Source: Pirellula staleyi DSM 6068 (GTDB lineage: Bacteria > Planctomycetota > Planctomycetia > Pirellulales > Pirellulaceae). Taken from it: a DNA stretch of 32,000 nt. How positions within the stretch are numbered: the stretch's first letter is position 1; every line of letters starts with the position of its first letter. Below, piece by piece: positions 1 to 8,654 of the stretch. The notes under the pieces are model-generated. The model had not been told where the DNA came from, ran no database searches, and saw only the letters and a list, made by a program, of their open reading frames with translations. Position numbers and translations under genes: made by a program. The DNA is taken from positions 4,980,001 through 5,012,000 of the forward strand of contig CP001848.1 in NCBI GenBank assembly GCA_000025185.1, given 5' to 3'.

Positions 1-2218
1 CCAACAAAGCCAACTGGGAAGGTGGCCCCATCACAGGATCGAGTTGCTGAACTTCCAGCGCTCGCAAACGGTCGACCAGCGCCCCTCGCTCTTCATGCAG
101 TTGATTCACGTCGGATCGAAGTCCCTCGGCAACTCGCTGCCAATGCTGCACCTGACCAATCAACCAATCGCGATGGGCCAGCACATCTCCTTGCGATGCT
201 TTGTAAAAGATGCGGGGCGAACTTTCCGCCAGGGGGGCATACTTGCTGGCCAGCACCAGCCGACTGGTAAGGGCCGAGACTAACGAGAGTTCCTGCGGTA
301 GGAAATCGGGGATTGGATCGCCAGCATGCTCGAGCAAAAATTTTCCCAAGGCAGTGTAAATCGCTGCCGAAGCTGATTTCCAAACGCGTGCTGCCTCGAC
401 AACGTCTCCACGACCCAAATGCAGATGCCCTAAATGCCAAGCTGCTTCCGCTGTCTTTGTCAGGAGTGTGGGGCTGTAGTCGGCAGCTGGAATCTCGAGA
501 ACTTCTGAAAAACAGTGCGCTGCCCGATCATGGGCCCCGCGCTTAAGCGCCAAAATCCCGAGCACAAATTGCAAACTGACATGCCACCGCAGAGCGTTGG
601 GATTGCAGGGTGGGATTTCCAGGTAGCGTTCGATCTCAGAGATCAAATCCGCAGTCAACTCAGGCGTCGATTGCTTGATCCGCCGGTAAGCCTCAACACA
701 TAGTGCCGCCCCTCGATCGGCACTAGCTGCCGAAGCCACTTCCTTTGTGGCAGCGATCCAACGCTCCATGACGGCGTCGCATTCGCTGCGCGCTCCAATC
801 GAAACCATCGACCAAAGGAGCCATGGGTTTTCATAGTCCCGCCCAAACGCCAAAGCGTTTCCGGCGGCCTTCATTTCCGCGGCGCTGGCGTAGCGTTCGT
901 GGTACGGGACCGCTCGACCGGCATCGACCGGACTGCTGGCGACTGCCAGCCACCATTCCGCTTCCACATCCAGCGAATCGACCGACGAAAGTCGCTCCAA
1001 AGTGCGTGGTTTTGGCTTCCAGGCCAGGGGCATATCGAGGCGTTTACAACGATCGGCGCTTTGGGCAAACAGCCACTCGACATCAAACTGGCTGGCGATC
1101 TGCGCTTTGAATTTCTGACCGTCGTAGACCTGCAGATGGTGCGGGTTGGGATCGTGGCCCGATTCGTCGCGCCAGTCGTTGGGAACGCTCGCGATAATCC
1201 GGCCACCAGGCACCAAAATACGCCGAAACTCCGCGAGTAAACTCTCGGGGTCTGCCACATGCTCGAGCGTCTCAAAACTCACCACAGCATGCACCGAGTG
1301 GTCGGCAATCGGTGCCAAACATTCGGGGAGAAACCCTACGCGAAACTCGGTTCGCTGTCGCTCGTCGGTAAAATTCGCCTGCGCGTAGTCGATAGCAAAC
1401 GGACTTCCATCGATGCCAATCACGCGTTCCGCTTTGGTGTTGCGCGCTAAGAGGTGGCTGCCGTAACCAAGTCCGCAAGCAGCATCGAGCACCGTGTCGC
1501 CCGGTCGAATGTACTGCGCGGCCAAGTGATAACGGACGACATGAGCATCGGAGCGGCTGCCGCTTTCGCGGAGCATGTCCATGTGCAACCCACGTTCTTC
1601 ATTCAGACAGGCGAGTGGATAACGCGCGAGTGTCGCTTCGGGAATCTTCTCGAGCGGGATCAAAATCGAGTCGGGATCGCGCTGCAGCGATAGGTAGTCG
1701 TTGAGCCAGTAATAGTCGGGATGCTTCCGAAATCCGGCCGAAAAACAGAGCGATTCCCACGCCTGACGCAGTTGCGCCGAGGGGTGCGTTGGATGAGCTT
1801 CAGTTGCTTTTGTGCGAACTCGCAACAGAAGTGTGCGGCGGGTTACTCGGTACAGTTCGGCTAAGACAGCAGGGAGATCGCCTGCGGCGATATGCTCGAG
1901 CAGATGCATCGCCACCACGGTCGAAAAACTTTGCTTGGCATAGGGCAACTGGAACGCCGAACCGACCTTGAGTCGACTCGCCAATTCAGGGGCAGATCGG
2001 CTGATCGCGACGCTGCTCAGATCAATCCCCTGGGCGTCGACCGCGCGACTTACCAGGGCTGCAACGAGATGCCCCTCACCACAACCGACATCGAGCACCT
2101 TGCCACGTCCCGCATGTTCGATGATCGTTTGCGCAAATTGTTCGAAGAACTTGATTTCGGCGGCTGTGGCTGGTTTCGCATCACACCAGAATTGGTCGAA
2201 CCGTTGCGCATCGTTCAT
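1..2218 (-). CDS. Large multidomain protein with two class-I SAM-dependent methyltransferase domains, then a helical/TPR-like region and a coiled-coil tail. Partial: the C-terminus lies beyond the left edge.
   Basis: Not in the ORF track because there is no stop in the window. Hand translation of the minus strand from the ATG (2218-2216) stays open to base 2 (about 739 codons). No minus-strand track ORF occupies this frame. Two glycine-rich SAM motifs are present, VLDVGCGEGH and VLDAACGLGYGS, each followed by a ..LEH(I/V).. segment. An SD-like GGAAGGA lies about 6 nt upstream and an in-frame TAA lies 21 nt upstream of the ATG. Confidence 0.8.
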   Translation of the reverse strand, partial: MNDAQRFDQFWCDAKPATAAEIKFFEQFAQTIIEHAGRGKVLDVGCGEGHLVAALVSRAVDAQGIDLSSVAISRSAPELASRLKVGSAFQLPYAKQSFSTVVAMHLLEHIAAGDLPAVLAELYRVTRRTLLLRVRTKATEAHPTHPSAQLRQAWESLCFSAGFRKHPDYYWLNDYLSLQRDPDSILIPLEKIPEATLARYPLACLNEERGLHMDMLRESGSRSDAHVVRYHLAAQYIRPGDTVLDAACGLGYGSHLLARNTKAERVIGIDGSPFAIDYAQANFTDERQRTEFRVGFLPECLAPIADHSVHAVVSFETLEHVADPESLLAEFRRILVPGGRIIASVPNDWRDESGHDPNPHHLQVYDGQKFKAQIASQFDVEWLFAQSADRCKRLDMPLAWKPKPRTLERLSSVDSLDVEAEWWLAVASSPVDAGRAVPYHERYASAAEMKAAGNALAFGRDYENPWLLWSMVSIGARSECDAVMERWIAATKEVASAASADRGAALCVEAYRRIKQSTPELTADLISEIERYLEIPPCNPNALRWHVSLQFVLGILALKRGAHDRAAHCFSEVLEIPAADYSPTLLTKTAEAAWHLGHLHLGRGDVVEAARVWKSASAAIYTALGKFLLEHAGDPIPDFLPQELSLVSALTSRLVLASKYAPLAESSPRIFYKASQGDVLAHRDWLIGQVQHWQRVAEGLRSDVNQLHEERGALVDRLRALEVQQLDPVMGPPSQLALL

Positions 2219-2590
2219 CACACATCCTTCCCTGGTTTAGCGCACGAACTATGCCGCGCTTCGTTCGTGTTTTACTAGCAATCAATCGAAAACCTGCTTG
2301 CTCCTTCTTCCTGCTGTTCCGCCGGATGGTTTACTGCATGCAACCCGAGTCGCCCACAGCAAATACGCCGCCAAGCCCCTGACAAGGAAAATTTTCCCGA
2401 AAAAGCGGGAAAGCGCACACCACCGAGTCCTGATTGGCCAAGAGCCCGCTTGATCGCCGCCAAAGTCCACCAGGGAGATTTGCAATCCCCTGCGCCACGC
2501 ACACATCCTCGATTTGCGCAGTACGCGGTTAGATCAGCAGCGATCGCTGCGGTTTGAGAGGCGCGTAAACCACCTGATGGAGCATTCAGC

Positions 2591-2836
2591 GTGAAGACTG
2601 CAGGAAATAGGCTGCGAAACTGCCGGTGGAGTTTAGCAACGCTCTTCCTGCTGACGCTGCTCGGTGTCCCGCTGGGGACCATGCTCTACGCCGGCATCGC
2701 AGGGGCCATCGCCACCTTCGTTTTGCTCACCCTCTTCATCGCCGCTCAAATGCCCCTCTTTTACGGAACACTCTGGCTACTGAGATATTCCAAGCCTGAC
2801 CCCGCCAACTCGGATCGAGCTTCAAGAGCTGGGTGA
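2591..2836 (+). CDS. Small hypothetical membrane protein (81 aa, two predicted TM helices)
   Basis: Track ORF with a GTG start. The hydrophobic core is WSLATLFLLTLLGVPLGTMLYAGIAGAIATFVLLTLFIAAQMPLFYGTLWLL. Third codon positions are strongly G/C-rich through the core. No family recognised. The start is uncertain (an alternative ATG lies at 2681). Confidence 0.4.
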   Translation: MKTAGNRLRNCRWSLATLFLLTLLGVPLGTMLYAGIAGAIATFVLLTLFIAAQMPLFYGTLWLLRYSKPDPANSDRASRAG

Positions 2837-2852
2837 TTGGCTGCAAGCAGGC

Positions 2853-3575
2853 CTACTCCGTGCGTCTGGCAAAGACAACGTCGGCAAATCGTGGACGAAG
2901 CTCACCTGCAGGGTGCGAGATGGTGAGAATCGAGTAGAGATAAAAGCCGCGACAACTCAGGAAGTTAAAAAGATCTCCAAATTCGTAGCTTCCTTCAAAC
3001 CGCTGAGAGATCGAGGCTTCGAGAATGACAAAGTCGGTCCGTTTCAAAACTTCTTCAGCCCCTCGCAATACGTTGAGTTCATTTCCTTCGGTATCAACTT
3101 TCAGTATGAGCGGCCGTTGAATTTGACTTGGCGTTCCGACGATTGTGTCGAGCTTGGCGAGTTCGACTTTCCGCAGTTCGATACGATGCCCTGGCCGCTC
3201 GGTGAGTGCCGTACGTTTGAATTGCGAGCTGAGCTGTAAACTCGAGAGGTCTACCTGAAGATCGATCGTTCCGTTCTCATGCCCCACAGCTTTGTAGTGC
3301 ACACGCCCTTGGTATTTCGCCAAGATCTTGTCGATTGCACTTTTGTACTCTTCGACAGGTTCAACGAGAATAAATTCTGCGTTCGGGAATGCTCCATAGA
3401 GGGGATATGTTCCGTAGCCAACCCCAACATCGATCACAGTTTTGGGATTACAGATTCTCGCAAGGTAGGCAGAATTATAAAGCGAAAAACTACTTGCCGC
3501 CCCCTTTTTGGTAACTGCATATCCGATCGTCCCCAAAACGCGATTGAGAATACCTTTGAACATCGGTGCTTCCAT
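2853..3575 (-). CDS. FkbM-family SAM-dependent methyltransferase
   Basis: Track ORF 2853..3602. It carries the VIDVGVGYGT SAM motif and KVDTEGNELNVLRGA, which is typical of the FkbM/Methyltransf_21 family. The start is ambiguous: GTG 3602, ATG 3575 or ATG 3563. G+C is noticeably lower than in the flanking genes. Confidence 0.75.
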   Translation of the reverse strand: MEAPMFKGILNRVLGTIGYAVTKKGAASSFSLYNSAYLARICNPKTVIDVGVGYGTYPLYGAFPNAEFILVEPVEEYKSAIDKILAKYQGRVHYKAVGHENGTIDLQVDLSSLQLSSQFKRTALTERPGHRIELRKVELAKLDTIVGTPSQIQRPLILKVDTEGNELNVLRGAEEVLKRTDFVILEASISQRFEGSYEFGDLFNFLSCRGFYLYSILTISHPAGELRPRFADVVFARRTE

Positions 3576-3808
3576 CGCAGGAACGCAGCGCCGCGCGATC
3601 ACCTCCCCGCGTAAGGTGATCGAGATCGATCGAAATAGAAGGACTCTTTATTGCAAGTGGACGGATACATGACCTTCAAGCAGAGCACTTTTGTGACAAC
3701 TTCGTGCCCTGGAATACACTTCACGGCAAACACTAGCAGTGATAATACCAGTGTTTTACCCGCCTCGATCTGTCAGATCGATGAAATTGGACAGGTGGGA
3801 GACAAACT

Positions 3809-5305
3809 CTAACTCTTCAATCTTTGCTGGGTGATTTCGATGGCTTTGAGCAGGCCGCGGGCTTTGTTAAGGGTCTCTTGATATTCCATCGAAGGGACAC
3901 TGTCGGCCACGATTCCAGCGCCGGCTTGAATGTAGGCCTCGCTCCCTTTCACCACCAGCGTGCGAAGGGCGATGCAGGTATCCATGTTGCCGCAGTAGTC
4001 GATATAGCCGACAGCGCCAGCATAGGGGCCGCGACGATGAGGCTCGAGTTCGTCGATGATCTGCATCGCACGCACTTTCGGGGCACCTGAAACCGTTCCC
4101 GCAGGCAAACAGGCTCCCAGAGCATCGAAGGCGTCGTTCCCCTCGGCTAGTTCCCCCGTGACGTTCGACGTGATGTGCATCACGTGGCTGTAGCGCTCAA
4201 TCACCATCACGTCGGAGATCTCCACGCTGCCAAATTTGGCCACGCGCCCCACATCGTTCCGGCCGAGATCCACCAGCATGACGTGCTCGGCTCGTTCCTT
4301 CGGATCGGCCAGGAGCTCGTCGGCTAAACGTCGATCTTCTTCTTCGGTAGCTCCGCGAGGGCGCGTTCCGGCAAGCGGGCGAACGGTCACCTTTCCGTCG
4401 ACTACGCGGCACATGATTTCGGGCGAACTGCCGACGAGTGTCACCTCGGGCATCCGGAGGTAGAACATGAACGGACTGGGATTAACGACACGAAGCGTGC
4501 GGTAAATCTCGAGCGGATCGCAGTCGACCGTCAGTTGCATGCGCTGGCTTAGCACGACCTGAAAAATGTCCCCTGCGCGGATGTAGTCGACACACTTGCG
4601 CACCGCAGCTTCGTAAGCCTCTTGCGGGAAGTTCGACTTCACTTCGAGCCCCACGCTCGATTTGGCAGCGGGGATGTCGGTAATCGGCAGATCGACAGGG
4701 TGTGCTAGTTTGGCCACGATGGCATCGATGCGGGCAGCAGCATCGTCGTAAGCGGCTCGAGGATCGGATTTTTCGTCGAGCCGGGCCATGGCGATCACGT
4801 AGAGCGCCTTACTGACGTGGTCGAACACCACCATCTCGTCGTAGAGCGCGAAGGCCAGGTCGGGAAGCTGCCGATCATCGGTCGGCGCGCTCGGGAGGTT
4901 CTCGACGTAGCGCACGACGTCGTAGCCGGCGTAGCCAATCGCCCCACCTGTAAATGGGGGCAACTCGGGAAGATGGGCAGCTCTGAATCCAGCGAGGCGG
5001 GATCGCAGGTCATCGAGCGGAGATTTACTCGTAAATTTTTCGACCTCGCGCCCCGACTTACGAATGGTGACATTGTTGCCGTAAGCCACGATCTCGAGGA
5101 ACGGCTCGGCTGCGACAAAACTGTAGCGGCCAACCTTCTCGCCCCCGATCACGCTTTCGAACAAGCAGGCGTGGGTGCCGACGTTGATTTGCTGAAAAAC
5201 CGAAACCGGCGTCAGGGAATCGCTCAGCAGTCGGCGATAGACCGGCACGAGGGTGTGACCAGCGGCGTGCGCGCGGAACGATTCGAAACTTGGCAAGTGC
5301 GACAT
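3809..5305 (-). CDS. trpE: Anthranilate synthase component I
   Basis: 498 aa. It has the N-terminal [16 protein letters not shown] signature and a C-terminal chorismate-binding region ([23 protein letters not shown]...GAGIVADS). Length and motif order match TrpE. Confidence 0.88.
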   Translation of the reverse strand: MSHLPSFESFRAHAAGHTLVPVYRRLLSDSLTPVSVFQQINVGTHACLFESVIGGEKVGRYSFVAAEPFLEIVAYGNNVTIRKSGREVEKFTSKSPLDDLRSRLAGFRAAHLPELPPFTGGAIGYAGYDVVRYVENLPSAPTDDRQLPDLAFALYDEMVVFDHVSKALYVIAMARLDEKSDPRAAYDDAAARIDAIVAKLAHPVDLPITDIPAAKSSVGLEVKSNFPQEAYEAAVRKCVDYIRAGDIFQVVLSQRMQLTVDCDPLEIYRTLRVVNPSPFMFYLRMPEVTLVGSSPEIMCRVVDGKVTVRPLAGTRPRGATEEEDRRLADELLADPKERAEHVMLVDLGRNDVGRVAKFGSVEISDVMVIERYSHVMHITSNVTGELAEGNDAFDALGACLPAGTVSGAPKVRAMQIIDELEPHRRGPYAGAVGYIDYCGNMDTCIALRTLVVKGSEAYIQAGAGIVADSVPSMEYQETLNKARGLLKAIEITQQRLKS

Positions 5306-5377
5306 GAGTGCGATCGGCTTTCGGTGCTAAGCGATTTCGGAGTATGCAAGCTTAATGACGACCAACGTGCTGAACAA

Positions 5378-5404
5378 CGCCATGCTTGCCATCGCCATGC
5401 TTGC
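5378..5404. repeat. Perfect 12-nt direct repeat CGCCATGCTTGC x2 with a 15-nt period, in the trpE upstream region
   Basis: The copies lie at 5378-5389 and 5393-5404, read directly from the sequence. This is 73-99 nt upstream of the trpE start codon (5305, minus strand). Confidence 0.6.
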
Positions 5405-5641
5405 GAGTGTCCAGTGCCGTTCATCGGTCGGTTCCTTTCCTAAAGCTTGTTGACTGAGCGATTTTCGCTACCCGATCGGGCCGAGCCGGGTTGCACTTCG
5501 TAGTAACTAGAGCAGCTTTCCCCGAAAAGGATCGCGCGGCAGCCTGAACTTTCGTCGCCGCGAGGGGCTGCTGAGGGCTGTGCTGATGGTCACATTTTGC
5601 CACGAACTGGGGGAATGCCAGAAGGGGGCTGCGAGTTCAGC

Positions 5642-5669
5642 TTGACACCCCCCGGTGCACGCCTAAAAT
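5642..5669 (+). promoter_or_regulatory. Putative sigma70-type promoter for mcsA-mcsB (TTGACA-N16-TAAAAT)
   Basis: TTGACA lies at 5642-5647, followed by a 16-nt spacer and TAAAAT at 5664-5669. It sits about 130 nt upstream of the mcsA start in a 491-nt divergent intergenic region. Confidence 0.45.
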
Positions 5670-5713
5670 CCCTCGCGGCAAAGAAGTTGCACCGATTGGA
5701 CTCCCTGGTCAGC

Positions 5714-5739
5714 AAAACGGCGGAAACGGCCAAAATGGC
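5714..5739 (+). repeat. Three tandem 8-mers with a 9-nt period (AAAACGGC / GAAACGGC / AAAATGGC) in the putative mcsA leader
   Basis: The units start at 5714, 5723 and 5732. They lie between the putative promoter and the mcsA start codon. Confidence 0.5.
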
Positions 5740-5796
5740 CCCCGCTCGATCGATGCGTCAGCCGCAAGTGTCTCGCAAAGTAAAGGCGGGTGGGTT

Positions 5797-6312
5797 GTGA
5801 AATGTCAGCAATGCGAAAAACCGGCCACGTTCCATATCACGGAACTCACCGGCTCCGAGCCGCAAGAGCATCACCTGTGCGAGGTCTGCGCCAAGCAATA
5901 TCTGATGCAAAGTGAAGGGGCCGCAGCTCCGGTGGAGTCGTCCCCGGCCAATGTGCTCGCCAAACAACTGAAAATTGGCCAGGCAGCCGACGAACTCTCG
6001 AAGCTCGACCAGCGTGCCTGCCCCGTTTGCGGCATCACGTTCTATGAATTCCGGAGCCAAGGGCGCCTCGGCTGTCCCCACGACTACGTTTTCTTCGAAC
6101 GGGAACTCACTCCGCTGATCATGAACATCCATGGCGAAAACAAGCATGTTGGGAAGCGTCCGGTCGGAAGTAGCGAAGGGACCGACGCTCAAACCGACCT
6201 GATCCGCTTGCGACGTGAAATGAAAGAAGCGGTCGATCGCGAAGATTACGAGCAGGCCTCGAAACTTCGTGATGAGATTCGCCGTGTCGAGACCGAGGGG
6301 AAGAAGACGTAA
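5797..6312 (+). CDS. mcsA: Protein-arginine kinase activator McsA (zinc-finger plus UvrB/UvrC-motif protein)
   Basis: 171 aa with a GTG start. The N-terminal CQQCEKPATFHITEL...HLCEVCAK and central ACPVCG...GRLGCPHDY Cys clusters align with Bacillus McsA. The C-terminal segment EDYEQASKLRDEIRRVE is a UVR-type motif. It lies directly upstream of mcsB. Confidence 0.85.
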   Translation: MKCQQCEKPATFHITELTGSEPQEHHLCEVCAKQYLMQSEGAAAPVESSPANVLAKQLKIGQAADELSKLDQRACPVCGITFYEFRSQGRLGCPHDYVFFERELTPLIMNIHGENKHVGKRPVGSSEGTDAQTDLIRLRREMKEAVDREDYEQASKLRDEIRRVETEGKKT

Positions 6313-6376
6313 GCCCTGCCTCGATTGAATCGTAAGTCGCTCCTTGGGCTTGCCCAGGGATTCATTGCCGAGTCCA

Positions 6377-7504
6377 ATGCCCTTTGATGAAGGCCTTGGG
6401 AACGTGTCACCACCGAAATTTCCGCGTGAAACCGCTGCTGTGAAACTCGAAGAACTTGCCGACCGCTGTGGAGAATGGTTGCGAGGATCCGGCCCCCAAT
6501 CGGATATCGTGATCAGCAGCCGCATTCGACTTGCGCGAAACCTCGCCGCATTTCCGTTCATTCGTCGCTGCAGCGAAGCTGACCGACAAGCAGTAGACCG
6601 CGCATTTCGCGATGCAGTGGCTGCCGTGGAAGAGTGGAAAGACATTATTTTCTTCGATGTCAACTCGCTCGGAACGCTAGATCGTCAGTTCCTTGTCGAA
6701 CGACAGCTGATCAGCCGCGAACTATCCGAAGCTAGTGGCGCTCGTAGCGTGTTTGTCGATCGTCACGAGACGTTCAGCTTGATGATCAACGAAGAAGACC
6801 ACCTGCGTGTGCAAGTGATGCACAGCGGGCTCGATCTCACCGCCGCTTGGGAACAGATCAGCGCGATCGACGATGCTTTGGGCAAGAATGTTAGCTTTGC
6901 GTTTCATCAGCGTCTTGGTTACCTCACCGCCTGTCCCACCAATGTCGGGACTGGTATGCGTGTGAGTGTGATGCTGCATTTACCGGCGCTCGTGATTACG
7001 CAGCAGATCGAAAAGGTCTTCCGTAGCCTCCAAAAAATGGGGCTCGCTGTCCGCGGCCTGTATGGCGAAGGCTCGCAGGCGATGGGCGATTTCTATCAAA
7101 TCAGCAACCAGATTACGCTCGGCAGCAGCGAAGTCGATCTGGTGAAGCAGGTTGGCGAAGTGATCCCGGTGATCATCGACTACGAGCGTCAAGCACGCGC
7201 GTTCTTGGTGAAAGAGAGCCGCAAAGATCTGCACGACCGAGTGAGCCGCGCGTTTGGCATTTTGTGCACCGCCCAAACGATCAGCAGCGAAGAAACACTG
7301 CACCTTCTCAGCAGCGTTCGGATGGGGATCAACATGGGTCTGATTCAGGACCTCGAGATCCCGACGATCAACAAGCTGTTCATTCACACCCAGCCAGCCC
7401 ACCTGCAAAAATTGCGTGGCATTACGCTCGAAACAGCCGACCGCAACGTCGAGCGAGCGCTCTATTTGCAAACGCACCTCCGCAAACGTACCGATCAGAA
7501 CTAG
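6377..7504 (+). CDS. mcsB: Protein-arginine kinase McsB (ATP:guanido phosphotransferase family)
   Basis: The track ORF starts at TTG 6344 and the first ATG is at 6377. It has SDIVISSRIRLARNLAAFPF, as at the McsB N-terminus. It also carries the guanidino-kinase signature CPTNVGTGMRVSVMLHLPAL. Confidence 0.9.
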   Translation: MPFDEGLGNVSPPKFPRETAAVKLEELADRCGEWLRGSGPQSDIVISSRIRLARNLAAFPFIRRCSEADRQAVDRAFRDAVAAVEEWKDIIFFDVNSLGTLDRQFLVERQLISRELSEASGARSVFVDRHETFSLMINEEDHLRVQVMHSGLDLTAAWEQISAIDDALGKNVSFAFHQRLGYLTACPTNVGTGMRVSVMLHLPALVITQQIEKVFRSLQKMGLAVRGLYGEGSQAMGDFYQISNQITLGSSEVDLVKQVGEVIPVIIDYERQARAFLVKESRKDLHDRVSRAFGILCTAQTISSEETLHLLSSVRMGINMGLIQDLEIPTINKLFIHTQPAHLQKLRGITLETADRNVERALYLQTHLRKRTDQN

Positions 7505-7673
7505 CCCACTGTCATTAACTCACTGCCACTCGTCGGCTGTGACTTGCCGACAACTGCTCGTCAGTTGGGGCTCATTGGTTTCGCTTGCAGCAGTAGCAGA
7601 CACCATGTTCCGGCTGCTTGAGCAGGACAAACGATGCCGTGGTCTGCCCCTCGTGATTTGATAAACGAAGTCC

Positions 7674-8600
7674 ATGAACGAACCAGCTTCAAGCAACGCT
7701 CCCCGGCCCGTGGAGCATAGCCCGGAAACAACGGCTTTTTTCGAGGCTGTGGCCCGCATCGGCACACCGGCGCAAGCTGCCACCGCGATGAGCAGCATCG
7801 CTATCGATGCCTATCTGATCGACCATGGCGAAGCGATCAATGCCGCGATGGAAATGGTGAGCCCCTCGATCAAACCGAAACTTCAGTACCACATCGACGA
7901 TGTGGCCCGGAGTGTGGAATTTCTCGAGCGGCTACGCAATCTATCGACAGCACTTTCGGTGGCGCTTGAGCGCGAAATTCGTCGCGAGGCTTGGTACGAA
8001 GTTGCTAGGCTGTCGATCGAGCATTTGGAACTTGCGACCATCGCTTCGCGCGATGCGTTTGTGCTGAACGTGCTTTCGGGTGTGGGGCTCATCAACAAGT
8101 CGCTACAGAGCCTCGTTACGCATCGCGCACAGTTTAGCCCCGACCTTGTCAAAGCGATCGTCGCCGCGCTAATGCACTACGACAATCAACTCGAATCGTT
8201 CGAGTCGATTGCCGCACGCGACGACGACTGGGAACGAGTCGTCAATAAACGGACGGACCTCGATGGTGGTCAGAAATCGAGTGGAAGCTCGACGCGTGAA
8301 ACAGCGCGGCGGTGGTATCTGGGTAGTAGCAACACGATGCGCTTGCTGGCTACCGATTTAATCTTGCGGCGCTACTTTGCTCAGCATCAGCGCTACCCCG
8401 CATCTCTCGCGGAGATCCAGGAAGACTTCTTTCCTGAAGTTCCCCGCGACAGCTACGTGGGGCTTCCGTTTCGTTATCGCCTGACCGAAGACGGCTTTGA
8501 ACTCTACAGTGTCGGTCCGCAGGGGGCCGACTTCGGCGGCATTCGCGGCACCCGCTCGAATGTTTACAAAGGTCTTTGCGACCACTTTCTCGACGCTTAA
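7674..8600 (+). CDS. Hypothetical protein (308 aa, no TM helix or signal peptide) with a pseudopilin-like C-terminal motif
   Basis: Track ORF with coding-like codon usage. The C-terminal YPASLAEI....DSYVGLPFRYRLTEDGFELYSVGPQGADFGG resembles the conserved C-terminal core of GspG-type pseudopilins. The N-terminal prepilin leader and hydrophobic helix are absent. Confidence 0.55.
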   Translation: MNEPASSNAPRPVEHSPETTAFFEAVARIGTPAQAATAMSSIAIDAYLIDHGEAINAAMEMVSPSIKPKLQYHIDDVARSVEFLERLRNLSTALSVALEREIRREAWYEVARLSIEHLELATIASRDAFVLNVLSGVGLINKSLQSLVTHRAQFSPDLVKAIVAALMHYDNQLESFESIAARDDDWERVVNKRTDLDGGQKSSGSSTRETARRWYLGSSNTMRLLATDLILRRYFAQHQRYPASLAEIQEDFFPEVPRDSYVGLPFRYRLTEDGFELYSVGPQGADFGGIRGTRSNVYKGLCDHFLDA

Positions 8601-8654
8601 GCGATCGCTTGTCTCGCCGCATAGCACTGTGCTTGTTTACCGACGGCCAAGTTT

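Noticed and set aside
2275-2682. 135-aa minus-strand ORF between the double methyltransferase and the small membrane ORF
   Set aside because: It has no motifs and a Arg/Ser/Ala/Gly-rich composition, and it overlaps the more coding-like 2591..2836 ORF. It is probably non-coding promoter region.
3767-3781. Palindrome CGATCTGTCAGATCG downstream of trpE, considered as a possible terminator
   Set aside because: The stem is only 6 bp with a 3-nt loop and no U-tract follows. This is insufficient for a terminator call.
5707-5740. Possible CtsR operator upstream of mcsA
   Set aside because: GGTCAGC / GGCGGAA / GGCCAAA only loosely resemble the GGTCAAA heptad. The period is 9 nt rather than the CtsR spacing, and no ctsR gene is present. 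It is kept only as an uncharacterised repeat.
5758-6663. 301-aa minus-strand ORF
   Set aside because: It is antisense to mcsA and mcsB, which both carry diagnostic motifs on the plus strand.
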